From the NCBI RefSeq assembly GCF_009834535.1, contig NC_045697.1:85562001-85626000 (forward strand): 64,000 bases of DNA, read 5' to 3'. The DNA is from Camelus ferus (taxonomy: Eukaryota). Below the pieces are notes generated by a model. It had not been told where the DNA came from. It searched no databases and worked only from the letters and a program-made list of their open reading frames with translations. Positions 49,782-61,592 of this stretch are shown in pieces (within the stretch, counting starts at the first letter, position 1; each line of letters begins with the position of its first letter). The translations under genes and the position numbers were made by a program.

Positions 49782-51594
49782 CAGAGACTTTGGCATCTTT
49801 CTTCTTTGAGGATCCACAAACTGGGTCACCACGTGGTCAGAGTGGAGGGTCTGAGTCCAACTTTCCAGAGTCCCCAGCAAACTCAGGACGTGATTGTATT
49901 CGGAACTCCTTGAGTTCCCCTGGAGGGACACGGAAGGCAGGCAGTGGTCCCCTCCCACTAGCTTAGTTGAAGGAGGGGTGTTGCTGCAGCACAGGCAAAA
50001 TGCCGCTGGATCCAAGACCACAAACTTAGGCTCCAGTAGGAGTTCCATCCCGGTCTCAAGAACAGAAATAGAACCAGTAACAGCTGAGGCAGGGCCTAGT
50101 GAGCTGGGAGGGGCCCTGAGAAAGCTGAGTTCATTACCTGAAAAATTCAGCTTCATATTCCAAGAGGTTGTACAGTTAATACGGTAATACAGCACAAGTA
50201 ATCAGGTGGAAGGGACATCGCGTGGAAACCAGAGGAGCTAAAGGCTCTGCTAGGACCTGAGCAGAGACCACCATAACCCCCCCTTTTCCTTGCTATAAGG
50301 ATACACAAGCTCTCCACTCCCCAGCACACACGCCTGGGGAGTCTGTCTGTCTGCTGGGGTCTATCTGTCTAGAGCACTGGGGTGGAGGAGGAGGCAATTT
50401 CTGAAAGACAAAGTGTTATACAAGAGCATATGTGTATTACTAGATCAAATCTAGCTTTCCCAAGTGGATCTAAATGTTTTTCTCTACAGCTCAGATGAGG
50501 AGGTGTTCAGGAGAAAGACCAGTTGAGTTCTGGAAAAGGAAGAAATTCTATCTTGCTTGAACATCTGAATTAATCTGCATCTCCGCTACACTTCTCTGAA
50601 AATACCCAGAAGGCAGTTTCCATGCTCTCTTTAAAGTGAGTGACTCTCTGCAGGTAACTGAAGCTGCCTCCAGGAACGTTCCCCCAGCTGGTGGACTGGT
50701 GTGCCCAAGTTCCCCCAGGGAAGGCTTTGGGGCCAACTTCCTGATGGGCAGCTTTTCGCTCTAAACTGCCTTCCCACGCAGACACATCCTGTTTGCAAAG
50801 GAGCTGGTTGCAAAGGAGCTGGCTGTACTAAGGCGAAAAGGATCGGTACTAGTTCCACTGTTTCTTCAGTTCAAACAATGCAAAAGGCTTTAAAAAAAAA
50901 AAAAAAAAGTCTTTGGCCACTTCTCTGTTGGGAACTGATGTTAACAGCTTTCACTTGTGGAGCTGCCGTTGCTGCCGAGGAGGAAGTCTGGTGGGGCGGA
51001 GGGCGCAGTGGTCCAGGCTTGGGCTGTCTGCGCCTCCTGCAGCCCTGCTACTTGTGGGACTTTAGCGCCATGGTTCAAGTCCTGCCTAGTGACACGTGCT
51101 CCCTGCTGCTGTGACTTTAAACTTCTGCAGTATGAAAACAGACACCCTGATCCACTGAGTTACATGGCCAGGGTATGCTTTCTTTATAGATTTTTATCTA
51201 AGATTTTATTTTATTAAGACTCAGCTCCTCCAGGCAGTTTTCATTTGACTTTGGTTGGTTGCTGAACGGAATAAGGTCAAGGCACTAGCTTAAATACAGA
51301 CCTATCTGGTCTTCATTTCTGTCTTTGGTTTTTACAAACTAGAGAGGAGTTGAGTCATGAAAAAAGTTCATATGTTTGGAAAATTATTTGGGGGTGTGTG
51401 TGGAGGATATGCCCCAGTAATTGCCTGGTTAGCACACTTTATCAGGGCTTGTTGTGTGTCTAAAACTGTGTCTGTAAAATGTAACGTGTGGTTTCCTTCT
51501 CTCCCAATAATAAGCAACAAGTTCTCCTTTGAATAAATGCTCTTGGTGATTCATCCTCACTATGCCTTGTATCAGTGATTGCTACCCCCTCACT

Positions 51595-51790
51595 CCTCCC
51601 TCATGGACTCAAAAAAACATTTACTGAGGACCCACTATGCTCCAGACATGGAGTAAGTCTGCAGAGGTCAACAAACTCTAGTTCTAGCCTTCAAAGAGTT
51701 CACAGGGTAGGCAAAGAGAAGAATGTTTCAGAAACAATCGTGAACATCGTGAATATCTCATGACAGCTAAATGGTGAGACATGCGTAAGG
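51595..51790 (-). mobile_element. L2 3' fragment
   Basis: aaacatttactgaggacccactatgctccagaca...ctagccttcaaagagttcacag. Confidence 0.65.
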
Positions 51791-52327
51791 AACATACTGG
51801 CCTGCATTAAATGCCATCTGTGTCTGTGAGCCAGAAATGCTCACTCTGGACAACTTGTACATAAAGTACAGAGGCCAGATCTGGATCCATGTCATAATGC
51901 CACCGCCACCCCCAATTCAGGGATACCAAGACAAACCTTTTTGACTAATCTACAAGGTATTTTTAGATTACTCAAAAGAAAAGTTGTAGGTGTTGGGGAA
52001 CAAAGAGGGAAGTTCCTTTAAAATATCATTGTCAAGGAAACAATCCAGGGGACCATGATGCATGGCAAGAATGACCCTAACTGGTGGCAAGTGACCTGTG
52101 TCAGTTGCCTTTAGTTCTCCCTCCATCGGATGCCCCTAATCCCCACTGTCCTCTGCCCCTCCCTTGTCATACTTTCTAGTGGCATGCGTTCTTCTTCCAC
52201 TTCTAAGCTTTCATCTATTTCTAAATTTGAAAGTTCATGTTTTACCCACCTCACTATGTCCCACTTTTTAAACCCCAGGTTAATTTTCCCCCCAAACACT
52301 TCCCTTTCACCTTCCCTCCACTACCTT

Positions 52328-52510
52328 GAACAGAGAGTCAGGAGAACTGAGTTTTAGTACTGGTTCCACTGCCCCCTAGCTGCATGACAGCGCTGGATAA
52401 CTTCCTAAGCTTGTGGGGTCTCACTAGCCTCATCTGTCAAGGGAGGGGATCTGCATCACCAGTCTCCAGGCTCTTTTCTGGTTGTCTGATCTCACAGTTT
52501 TGTGAATTTT
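52328..52510 (+). mobile_element. MIR/MIR3 SINE carrying a candidate CTCF motif
   Basis: gagtcaggagaactgagttttagtactggttccactgccccctagctgcatgac...cctcatctgtcaa. Confidence 0.7.
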
Positions 52511-53222
52511 CCAGAAGCTTTGTGAACATTTCTCCAGGCATTATTTGAAGTTCCTAAACCCATCTTCCTTTCATTCTTTGGCTAAAACTTGCAAACATAG
52601 AACTATCTGGATCTCAACAACCCTGAATCTTTTGGGGTTGTTGGCTTCCCAGAGCTGAGAAAGAGAAATGAGGGTTTTCCTAGATATTTTCAGACACATA
52701 GACATATTCAGGACTGACACCCAAGTTTTTTCCACTGTCTGTTTACTGCCATTCTCCCTGGCATTTTCATCTTTTGAGAAATGCCAGAAGCCATCTACAG
52801 AGGCAGCTGCGCTCTCTCCCAGTACTTTTGAGGGAAGGACTTAAGTGTCAAAGCCTGCCCAAGAGTCCCTTCCTTCCTTCCCAGCTGAGACCTTCAGCTT
52901 TTTGCCTTCACTCCAGCAGGCCTCTCGGTGTCATTAAACAAAGCCCCACCCAGGCCTGGCTCCTCCGAGGCTCAAACTGTCCCCTTGGATGTATATAGTA
53001 ATCTGAGTCAGAATCTTTCTTTCAGTTTGAAGACCTTTTCTGCATACTTGAACACTCAGTTTGTCAGCCGGGGTCTCCTGAGGTTCTTCCCGCCATCCGA
53101 CTGCTCCGCTCCAACTTCCACACCCCCATCTATTTCACTTTCAAACCACAATTCTCCATTTTTCTCCCTGGCCCTGGCTGACCGAGTTCATACTCTGATG
53201 ATGGTGGATGCTCAGATGGGCC

Positions 53223-54552
53223 TGTAACTGAGGCCAGAACCCCAGAGTATCTAGGAAATGTGACCCAGGACCTGTCATGGAAACATCTAGCAGAAACTGA
53301 GCCCCAGGTAGGCTTAGGCATCTGGAGAGCATTCTTCAAGGATGTGCTTCGGCATCACTCCCTTGTCCCCACCCCTGTCCTGCTGGTAAATTCATCCACC
53401 TCCACTGTAAGCTTTCTGATCTATGACAGATTGTACTTGTCTAACTAACGTCAAGGATCATCCCCTAACTATTAAAGCTACAGTTTAGCCAGGCCTACTA
53501 TAGATCTATGGGCTAATTTACAATGAAACAAAAGACATCCCATGTCTTCCAGTATTTTTTCCAAGATTCTAGGGAGGTTATAGCCAAAGTGATGTGGTGA
53601 CATTTTTATGACAGTGGGCCAAAACCTCCACCTTCAGAATATGCTAAGGCTGCTATTTTCTGAACAAGCATCTCATAAAGAAGCCTGTAGCTTAGTTGCA
53701 CCCACACAGAACAACAATTACCTCACCTTTTTCTTCTTTCTAATCATTCCCCAGTCCTCAGCTTTATCTCATAAATAATTGGAGCCTCTTGCCTTTGGGA
53801 GGTGGGTTTGAGATTTGTCTCCTCACTTGAGTGTCTCGAGAATAAGCCCTTTCTCTGCTGCAAACCTCGGCGTCTCAGAGTTTGGCTTGCTGCACTGATA
53901 CAAGAAAAAATGGGAGCGAGAGGATGGCCATGTCCCAGGTCTCGGCTGAGTCCCTGGGATGCACCCCGCCAAGTGAGGGTCCTTGGCTTCAGCACAGGAA
54001 AGAATTCAAGAATGAGCAACAGTTGAGTAAACGTAGATTTATTCAAAGATACATACACTCCAGAGACAGAGTGCAGGCTGTCTCAGAAGGCAAGAGAAAG
54101 GCTGAGGAGATACACTTTCCGTAGGCATAATGCAGGCCATCTCACTCAGAAGAGAGAGCTGTGGACTGAGAGCATGGGTTGGCTAGGAAAAATGAGATCA
54201 GCAGCCTTGAGGTTTGGAAGCTGTTAGTTTTTACGGGCTCAGTAACTTCATATGCTAACAAGTGGGAGGGTTATTCCAACTACTTAAGGGAAGGGGCTAA
54301 AATTCCCAGGAATTGGGCCATTACCCACCCTTTGACCTTTTATGGCCAGCCTTGAAACTGTCCTGGCACCTGTGGAAGTGCCATTTAGCAGCTGTTGTAT
54401 TTCAATGAGCATATGCTGAAACCCAAGGTCTCCTGGGAGGTGACTCTTCCACCATCTTGGTGCTGACTGCTGTGCCATCCTTTTAGTGGCTGTGCCCCGC
54501 TCCCTTCCCTCCTGTCTCAGAACAACCAGCAAATGAAACTGGTTCAGTAATA
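53223..54552 (+). mobile_element. Solo LTR (ERVL MER54/MER74-like), interrupted at 53896-54519
   Basis: Termini TGTAACTGA...TCAGTAATA (imperfect inverted repeat), flanks GGGCC/GGGAC, U5-like aataagccctttctctgctgcaaacctcggcgtctcagagtttggcttgctgcac. Confidence 0.65.
53896..54519 (-). mobile_element. ERV1-like solo LTR inserted antisense into the preceding LTR
   Basis: TG...CA termini (minus strand starts TGAGACAGG), TSD GCAC/GAAC, ggaaagaattcaaga and tttatt (AATAAA on minus). Confidence 0.8.
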
Positions 54553-55371
54553 GGGACAATACCAGTCTGTGTCCTTTCTCACTTTGTCTTTATGAAAGGA
54601 GCCCATTTCACTCTCTAAAGTGTTCCAATTTAGATAATAAATGATACAATCTACAATCAGTTTGGGCACTGAGTGAGTGTTCTGTACGTGTGGCAAAAAT
54701 CCTGCCTCCCTATGCTGCTGTCAAGTGGCCCATTTTATTACGTGTTGCAGCTAAGGGATGACATGGTCCCTTGTGTTTCTAAAGCATATTTGGCCTGTGA
54801 TAGAAAGGAAATCTACAAAATGGGCCTCGCTAAATTCCTTTGATTCTTTATAGAAAAAAAAGACAGCGCTTATAGCAGTGGAGAGTTAGTTAAAAATAAC
54901 TGACCATTCAGTTAAATCTGTTCATGGGGAAATTAGAAAGGAATCTTCTAAAAGAATGTCAAGGTGACCTGCTATGTTCCCCACCCTCTGGGCAGGTTAT
55001 CTGTGGCTCTTTACTGGGCTGATAGATCACTCTTCACAGATTCATGTTCAGTCAAGGAGCTGCACATTTAGCCACATAATCTGCTCTTGCCATATTTCCA
55101 CATAATGATGAAATTAATAGCCAGTTTTTAGCTTTGTCAAAAAAGTAAGTCATACAGTTGAAAACTCAAATTTAAAGCTTTTGTTTCAACCAACAGGAGA
55201 GTATAGATTTTGTTTAACTGATATAATTGAGTTATTGTATGCATCTTACCCTCTGGCAAATGATGGCTTTTAAATAATGACTCAAGTTTTATTGGCAAAA
55301 GAACTCCAAGGCATACCAGTGCCATGAGAGATACGGCCATGTAGTGTGTTGGAAAGAGCACTGACATCTAA

Positions 55372-55500
55372 TATTAATAATGATAATAATAATAGCTAAA
55401 ATTGAGTAAGTTTCCTGAATGTAGGCATCCCAGTAAACACTTTATGTGCAGTATTTCAATTAATCCCACAGCAACCCTGCATTAGATGTGCTAGAGGGTT
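55372..55500 (-). mobile_element. MIR fragment
   Basis: aataatagctaaaattgag...aaacactttatgtgcagtatttcaattaatcccacagcaaccct. Confidence 0.7.
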
Positions 55501-57003
55501 ATCGTGGGATTGTATTTGTGGGAGTTCTCAATCTATCTACCAATGGTCCGTTCTAATGATTTTTTCATGAACTTTCCAGTGATGTATTTTAAATACATAT
55601 TTAAAGGATTCTCTGTTTCAATGCTGGAAAATATTCTCATGAGTGTGGATTACTGTATCTGTAGATTAGAAATTATTTATATTTAGTCAGAAGATCGACA
55701 GATGGAATGATAATAGGTAGGATATATTAAAGACACTCTATAAACCCTGTCAGATGATAGCAGAGAGGCTGCTAGTTAAAATTTTTGCGAATCTAAATCT
55801 GATGATTGAAATATTGATCAGAGGAAAATTGTGTGTAGTATTAGATGAGAATCATACATTGAGGCAGGGAACCAGGGTTTAAGAAGGTGGGTGGATATTA
55901 CTGGAAACCCTCAGAAAAATCCCCTGCATGGGTCAGAGGCCCTGTTGACACTGCCATGTCCAACTTTTCCTTCTAAAGTAACAAGTTGAGTTCAATAGGC
56001 TATGACATTTAGCTATCGTCAAACCAGATGTGCCATATTTTTTTCAAGAGCAAAGCTTAACCAAACGAATCTCCTTTTATTGCCTGAGGGAGATGACAAA
56101 TAATTCCTACAAATCTACTTGAAATTTATTTGTTTATAAATCTCATTTCCCTGGAATTTTGTGTTATATATATATATGAATTTTGTATTATATATATGAT
56201 ATTTTCCCTATGTAGTCCAAATATGACAGAAAAAAAACATTGTTTGGGTATCACTGTGGGTTCCTAATGTGGCAAAAGTAATAAAGAGGGTCAGAAGACT
56301 GCCACCTCCAACCATCTGGAGGAATAGTCCCCACTTATCCTCACAGTGGATTGGCCTCAGTCTGTACTAGGTGAAGGACCCACTTAGTTTCACACTTATT
56401 GACAAGTGAGCAATGCCACTTGAGGGCCTGGAAACATCAGCATCGAAAAAAAAAATCCTCTCCATTTGTATGGCATTATATATGGTGGAGGAATAAAAGG
56501 AGAATCAAACCTTTCAAAAGTCCCTACCCCTTGGTATCTTACATTTTCAAACATATGACAATAGAAAAGATCAACTACCCATAAGGCCCAGAGGGTGGAG
56601 GTATCCTTAATTTTGGCAGGCTCTAGAAGAGTGAGTTCCACAGGCCAGGTATAAGGGTAGGATTCTCATCCTAGCCTAAGGGCCTGACACCTGGGACACA
56701 AAGAGATACTTTAAGCTACCATCATTCTACAATTGGACTACTCCCAAAGGCGAGGCCACATGTTTGGTACAGCACCTCAAATTGGAAGAGTCCAATTAAC
56801 AACTTCTATCCTGAATTCCCAAGAATTTTCTCTGTCATCTACTTATTCATAGAGCCTGGAGCTGGCCATAGACTCATTTCTCACCAAAGCATAAGACAGT
56901 ATAGCCCTCTCCCTCTTCTATATTTTTTGCTCTGTGAGTTCAAGTGGATGCAGAGGAATGCAAGGAGGATACAATGAAGTCACTTAGAAAACAAAAACCC
57001 CAT

Positions 57004-57103
57004 GAATATACTTATGTATATGTATGACTGAACTATTATTATGCTGTACACCAGAAATTGACACAACATTGTAAACTGACTACTTCAATTAAAAAAAATT
57101 TAA
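57004..57103 (+). mobile_element. Severely 5'-truncated young L1 (~100 bp) with TSD
   Basis: tatgtatgactgaac...atgctgtacaccagaaattgacacaacattgtaaactgactacttcaattaaaaaaa. TSD agaaaacaaaaaccc (56986-57000) / agaaaacgaaaaccc (57104-57118). Confidence 0.9.
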
Positions 57104-57234
57104 AGAAAACGAAAACCCTCATCCATTTTCTCTTTAGGTTCTAACCTTGACTAAGTTCTAGATTAAAATCAAAATTAAGGAGGAAAGTTAGGGAAATTTT
57201 ATTAGTTGATGAAAGTTCTATTCAGATTCAATGT

Positions 57235-57360
57235 AAAAAAAGATTATCACTCCTATTTTAGATATGAGAAATCTGAAGCTTAGAATTAAATTACCTTGCT
57301 ATGCTAGTACTTTAACCCAAGTCTGTACTTATTCTAAAATGTGTCCTCCTAACCACCCAA
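57235..57360 (-). mobile_element. MIR fragment
   Basis: attatcactcctattttagatatgagaaatctgaagcttaga...tttaacccaagtctgt. Confidence 0.65.
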
Positions 57361-57513
57361 ATTTTTGGCCCTTTTAGGGTGTATTAATCACTTCTGCCTT
57401 GGAGAAGGAAATAGATTCTACATGAGCTATAGTTTTTAAAAGAAAACGAGAAACTTTTTCATGCTGAAACAAAGAGTAATATCACAAAGGGCACTTTTTC
57501 TGGTACTTGGTTC

Positions 57514-57620
57514 CTAGTTGTTAATAACCTAAAAAGATTAACCTAATAAAAATAAATTTATATTGCTAGTTGTTAATAACCTAAAAAGATTAACCTAATA
57601 AAAATAAATTTATATTGCTA
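57514..57620. repeat. Perfect 52-bp tandem duplication
   Basis: ctagttgttaataacctaaaaagattaacctaataaaaataaatttatattg at 57514-57565 and 57566-57617, then cta. Confidence 0.95.
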
Positions 57621-58659
57621 TGTATAATCTGAAAGGGTTATAAACAGCAAATAAATCTGGGGCGGGCTGTCTTCTCCTGGAAGTTCAAAAAAATTCTTCT
57701 GGAAGAGAGTGTGACTATATAATGAAGGCATATTCCTTTATGAATCATTCCCAATAGTAAAGATTTCATAAAATCTGATGGAAAACAAAGAAAATGAGTC
57801 TATTTTAAAATGTAAGAGGCTGGCTGAAAATGCACTCAGGGATTGCACTCTCTTGAACACTCTAGATTTATCTCCCTTTCTGCCCTAGAATTAAGATGGT
57901 TTCAATGTTTGATTGAGGCTCTTCAAGTACAAAGCACATAAAACATATTCACTTTTTCAGGAGGAAATTGGAGTTCATAGCTAAATAAACCATTCTGGCA
58001 TGAGATCCTAAATAAATATTTGTGTAGCTCATAGGGTTATGAAGTGGTTAAATAATAAAAACTTATAGTTGGAACAGACAAAATGGAGTTGATAAATTGG
58101 GGAAGGAAATGGATTCTATGTGAGCTATAATTTTCAAAAGGAAAAGAGAAACTTTTTGGAAAGTAAACAGTAGAATAAGTACTCTTCTTGCCACTAGTAA
58201 TAATAATGTCACAGAAAGAAATGTGGGCACAGATAAATGAAGCTACTCCTGACTAATAAGCTGTAGACAGCATTCTGCAGGATATATTAAGCAAGGACAA
58301 TCCTTAGATTCCAGCATTTAATGCTTCTATGCAATGGCCAGAAAATAGAAATGCAATGTCTTAAAACACTATGCTTAAGGTGTTACTTTCTGACAACTTC
58401 CATATAGAAAGAACTCTGAATTCTCTGCAATTGGTATTAAAAGCTATATAACCAAAAAAAAAAAAAAAATCTTTTCCAACACAGGCTTCATAAGAACTAA
58501 ATGGCATAAAAACAAAAGAGAATCTGAAGTACTGTTAAAAATCCCAAGGAAAGTGGTAGATCCACAGATTTCATTGGAAATAAATGGCATAGGAGACAGA
58601 AGAGAACTTGGAAAACAAGAAAAACACAAAATAAACTGGTGGATCCAAAAGAGACATGA

Positions 58660-59810
58660 GATAAAATGGCCAGCAGACACCAGATTTAAGATGATCCAGG
58701 AAGTTGTAGTTAGCAGGTTAAGACTTTAATAAACCATGATTAATAAATTTAAGAGTATAGAGGGAAACATGGACAAAATGGATGAAAAGATGGAAGGTTA
58801 CAATAGGGAATTAGAATCCATAAAAAAAGAATTAAAAAACAGTCTAGAAATGCAAAATATAGAACAGGTGGAACATAGAAGACAGTATTTGTAGTGCCAA
58901 ATGGGTCAATAGAACATACTCAAGAAGCCCAGACAGAAAAAAGAAATAGTAGGAACAAAATAAAACATACAAGAGATATAAGACATGACTGAAACATCTA
59001 ACATACATATAACTGGAGTCCCAAAACAAGAGGAGAGAGAATGAAACAAAAGAGCTACTTGAAGAAATTTTGGCCAAAAGCTTTCAAATCTGATGAAAAA
59101 TTACCCACAGATTCAAGAAATTCAGTAGACTCCAAGCCAGACAAGTACAAAGAAAACTTTAGTACTAATTATTCTAAAAATGAATAATAAAAGAAAATCT
59201 TTAAAACATAGAAAAAAACACATTACCTTCAGAAAAATAATGTAAGAAATTCTACTGGCCAAATCTATATACCAGAAGGCATTATTAAAGAATTTGAATG
59301 AGAAAAACAAAACAACCTTCTAACCTAGGGTTCTATACAGAGTGAAAACACTCATCAAGAAGTGAAGAAAAAAGAAAGACTTTATCAGAAAACCAAAGCT
59401 GAGAGAACTGTTTCTAGTAGATCTACAATAGAAGAAATATGGAAGAGTTTTTTTCCACATTGAAGAATAATGGTCCCAGATTAAAAAAGCAACAAAACAG
59501 AAGTACAAGAACAGAAGTTCAAGAGTTTATAACTTATGCAGAAGGAAAAAAAGTACAACAACAATCGCAAAAATGATAGTAAGGGGATAAATGCAGTTAA
59601 ACGATGATGATCTCCCTGCAGTATTTAGGACATAGTAAAAGTACACTGCAGTCATAGTTGCATTTTGTAATTTCTAGAGCAATCTCTAAAATAGTGATAC
59701 AAAAGTGTATAACAAAAAAAGAGTTAATAAAGGAGATAAAATGCAATAATAAAATGTGACTTATGCAAAAAGTAGTAGTATCCTTCATTGGTAAAGAATA
59801 AAAGAACCAC
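58660..59810 (+). mobile_element. Old L1 (L1ME-type) ORF1/inter-ORF remnant
   Basis: atggatgaaaagatggaagg...gaattagaatccataaaaaaagaa, tctaacatacatataactggagtccca, acccacagattcaagaaattcagtagactccaagc, aacctagggttctatacagagtgaaa. Confidence 0.8.
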
Positions 59811-60434
59811 ATGACTCTGACTTGTTTTTTAATACAAGGTTGAACTATTTGAACTAAGAGCTTCTGCTCTGGATTTTTCATGTTATTTTAATACACTGTT
59901 AGAAACAACACCTTTATGTTCTGTCCCACTCCACATCAGTGCGCCACAACGGGGGACTATTGTTCTCTATCAGTCAACTGATATTATACACTCCCACCAC
60001 CTTCTCAATTCACATGACATTTTACATTACCAAGTTTACAACACCAAGTCACATAAGTGGGCAGGACTTCTGATAGCCAAAGAGCTCAGCTTCTAACGAA
60101 TCTGGCCAGCACAAAGATTACTACTTTTTATCATAAGCATATACTGTTCCTTTCCTAGATATCATCAGAAGATGAGCATGGTTCTACTCTTGGTGTATTA
60201 AAAAGAACTTGAGAGAGAAAGTAATGTTGATGAAGGGGCCATCAGAAGGCAGTAAAAGGATTGAGATTTCAGAGTTTTGAAATCCAAATCTCCGCTTCTC
60301 ACCCTCAGCCCATCCTTTCATCCGTTTCCAGTTTTGTAGATGCACAGTGTTTTGTATCTTCTCACAAGTACTGGGAGTGTAGCCATGCTCTTTCTGGTTT
60401 CTAGTATCAGTTTTCTTATTCATTTTCTGTGGGC

Positions 60435-60582
60435 CAGGCTTCCACCAAACTCTTGGAGTGATTTATAGAGCATTTAGGAATACAGATTCTCAAGTCTGGC
60501 CTCAAACCTCACTGCATCACAATCTGTGGGTGGGGCTGAGGAAATTTTTGTTTTAAGATAGAGAAATCACTCTTCCAGGCTA
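60435..60582. mobile_element. MER5-like hAT-Charlie element
   Basis: aatacagattctcaagtctggcctcaaacctcactgcatcacaatctgtgggtggggctgaggaa. Confidence 0.65.
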
Positions 60583-61573
60583 TGTTGTTTGTTTTAAAAA
60601 TACAAACAAACAAAGGTTTCTACCTACTGAAAATGTACCTGTGCTGTACAACCTAGTTTCTCTGAAGCACACTGCTGGCCCTAGTGTTAGAAAGAAAACA
60701 GACTTTTCCTCCAAAGAACTGACCCACAGAATCATCGCTGGGTGACTCTCTACTGAGCATGCCTGTTTGATAGGGCTAGCTATCAGCCTGGGTATGTTAC
60801 TAATGTGACGGCATGCTTTCACAAACATGTCACTCAGACTGATTTCTAAGTTCCTGGGGTTTTCTGGAAAATATTATTCTTCCACGTATTTTCAGATTTG
60901 CTGGAGGATTTTGAGAGTTGAAAGGAACGCAGTTACATTGTCCAGCTTTCTGAATAGGATGATGCATCTCGGAATTTATTCTTTACTTGGGCTTTATTGC
61001 TCACGTTCATAATTAATTTAATTTTTCTTCCAAAAATAAAGTTTGAGGGGAATAATTTATTTCGTAAAGCAAACGTCAGAAAGAGACACAATGTTTTGTT
61101 ACTAAGATAAGAAATGGCACCTGAACGAGAGGAAGAAAAAGGATGAGTTTGTATGAAAATGAAAAACACCTCCCTCACTGTCATGTCTTCCTCTCCCAGG
61201 CAGCTGTCCTCACCCACCCTCCCCCAGATGAAGATAACCTCTTGAGCAGGGTGGCATGTTTTTATACCAGCCCAGGGGACCCCTGGAAAGAGGGAAATAA
61301 GACATGAACCTCGTGGTCAAGAGCATCTCATTGAACTGTACCTTCTCTCTTGCTAACAAACCTACCCATGGATTGTAACCTCCAAGCTTGTTTTAACTTT
61401 AACATCTCAGACAGGAGAGGCACCTCGCCAACATCTAACCACAGACCAAATTTGAAAATGCTTAGCTCTGACCCAACCATAAGCCAGAGTCCAGACAGAT
61501 CCTTAAAATTAACCTGTTTCAAATCCTCTCAAAGGCCAGCTCTTCTGTAAAGCGACCTGGCGCTGTGCAGCAA

Positions 61574-61592
61574 TGGCGCCATCTACAGAACA
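61574..61592 (-). promoter_or_regulatory. Candidate CTCF site
   Basis: Minus strand TTCTGTAGATGGCGCCA, compared with consensus CCASYAGRKGGCRS, inside a small CpG cluster. Confidence 0.45.

Noticed and set aside
49539..50195. Longest ORF (218 aa, minus) and the overlapping plus ORF 49894-50187
   Set aside because: No recognisable domain. The poly-Val stretch is a translated (CAA)n microsatellite, and there is no convincing exon structure. Treated as chance ORFs.
57514..57620. Direct repeats as a CRISPR-like array (also 43993-44100 and 9232-9303)
   Set aside because: No unique spacers, no cas genes, and the DNA is mammalian.
58444..59881. Series of hydrophobic Phe/Leu-rich minus-strand ORFs resembling membrane proteins
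   Set aside because: Antisense frames of an A-rich decayed L1.
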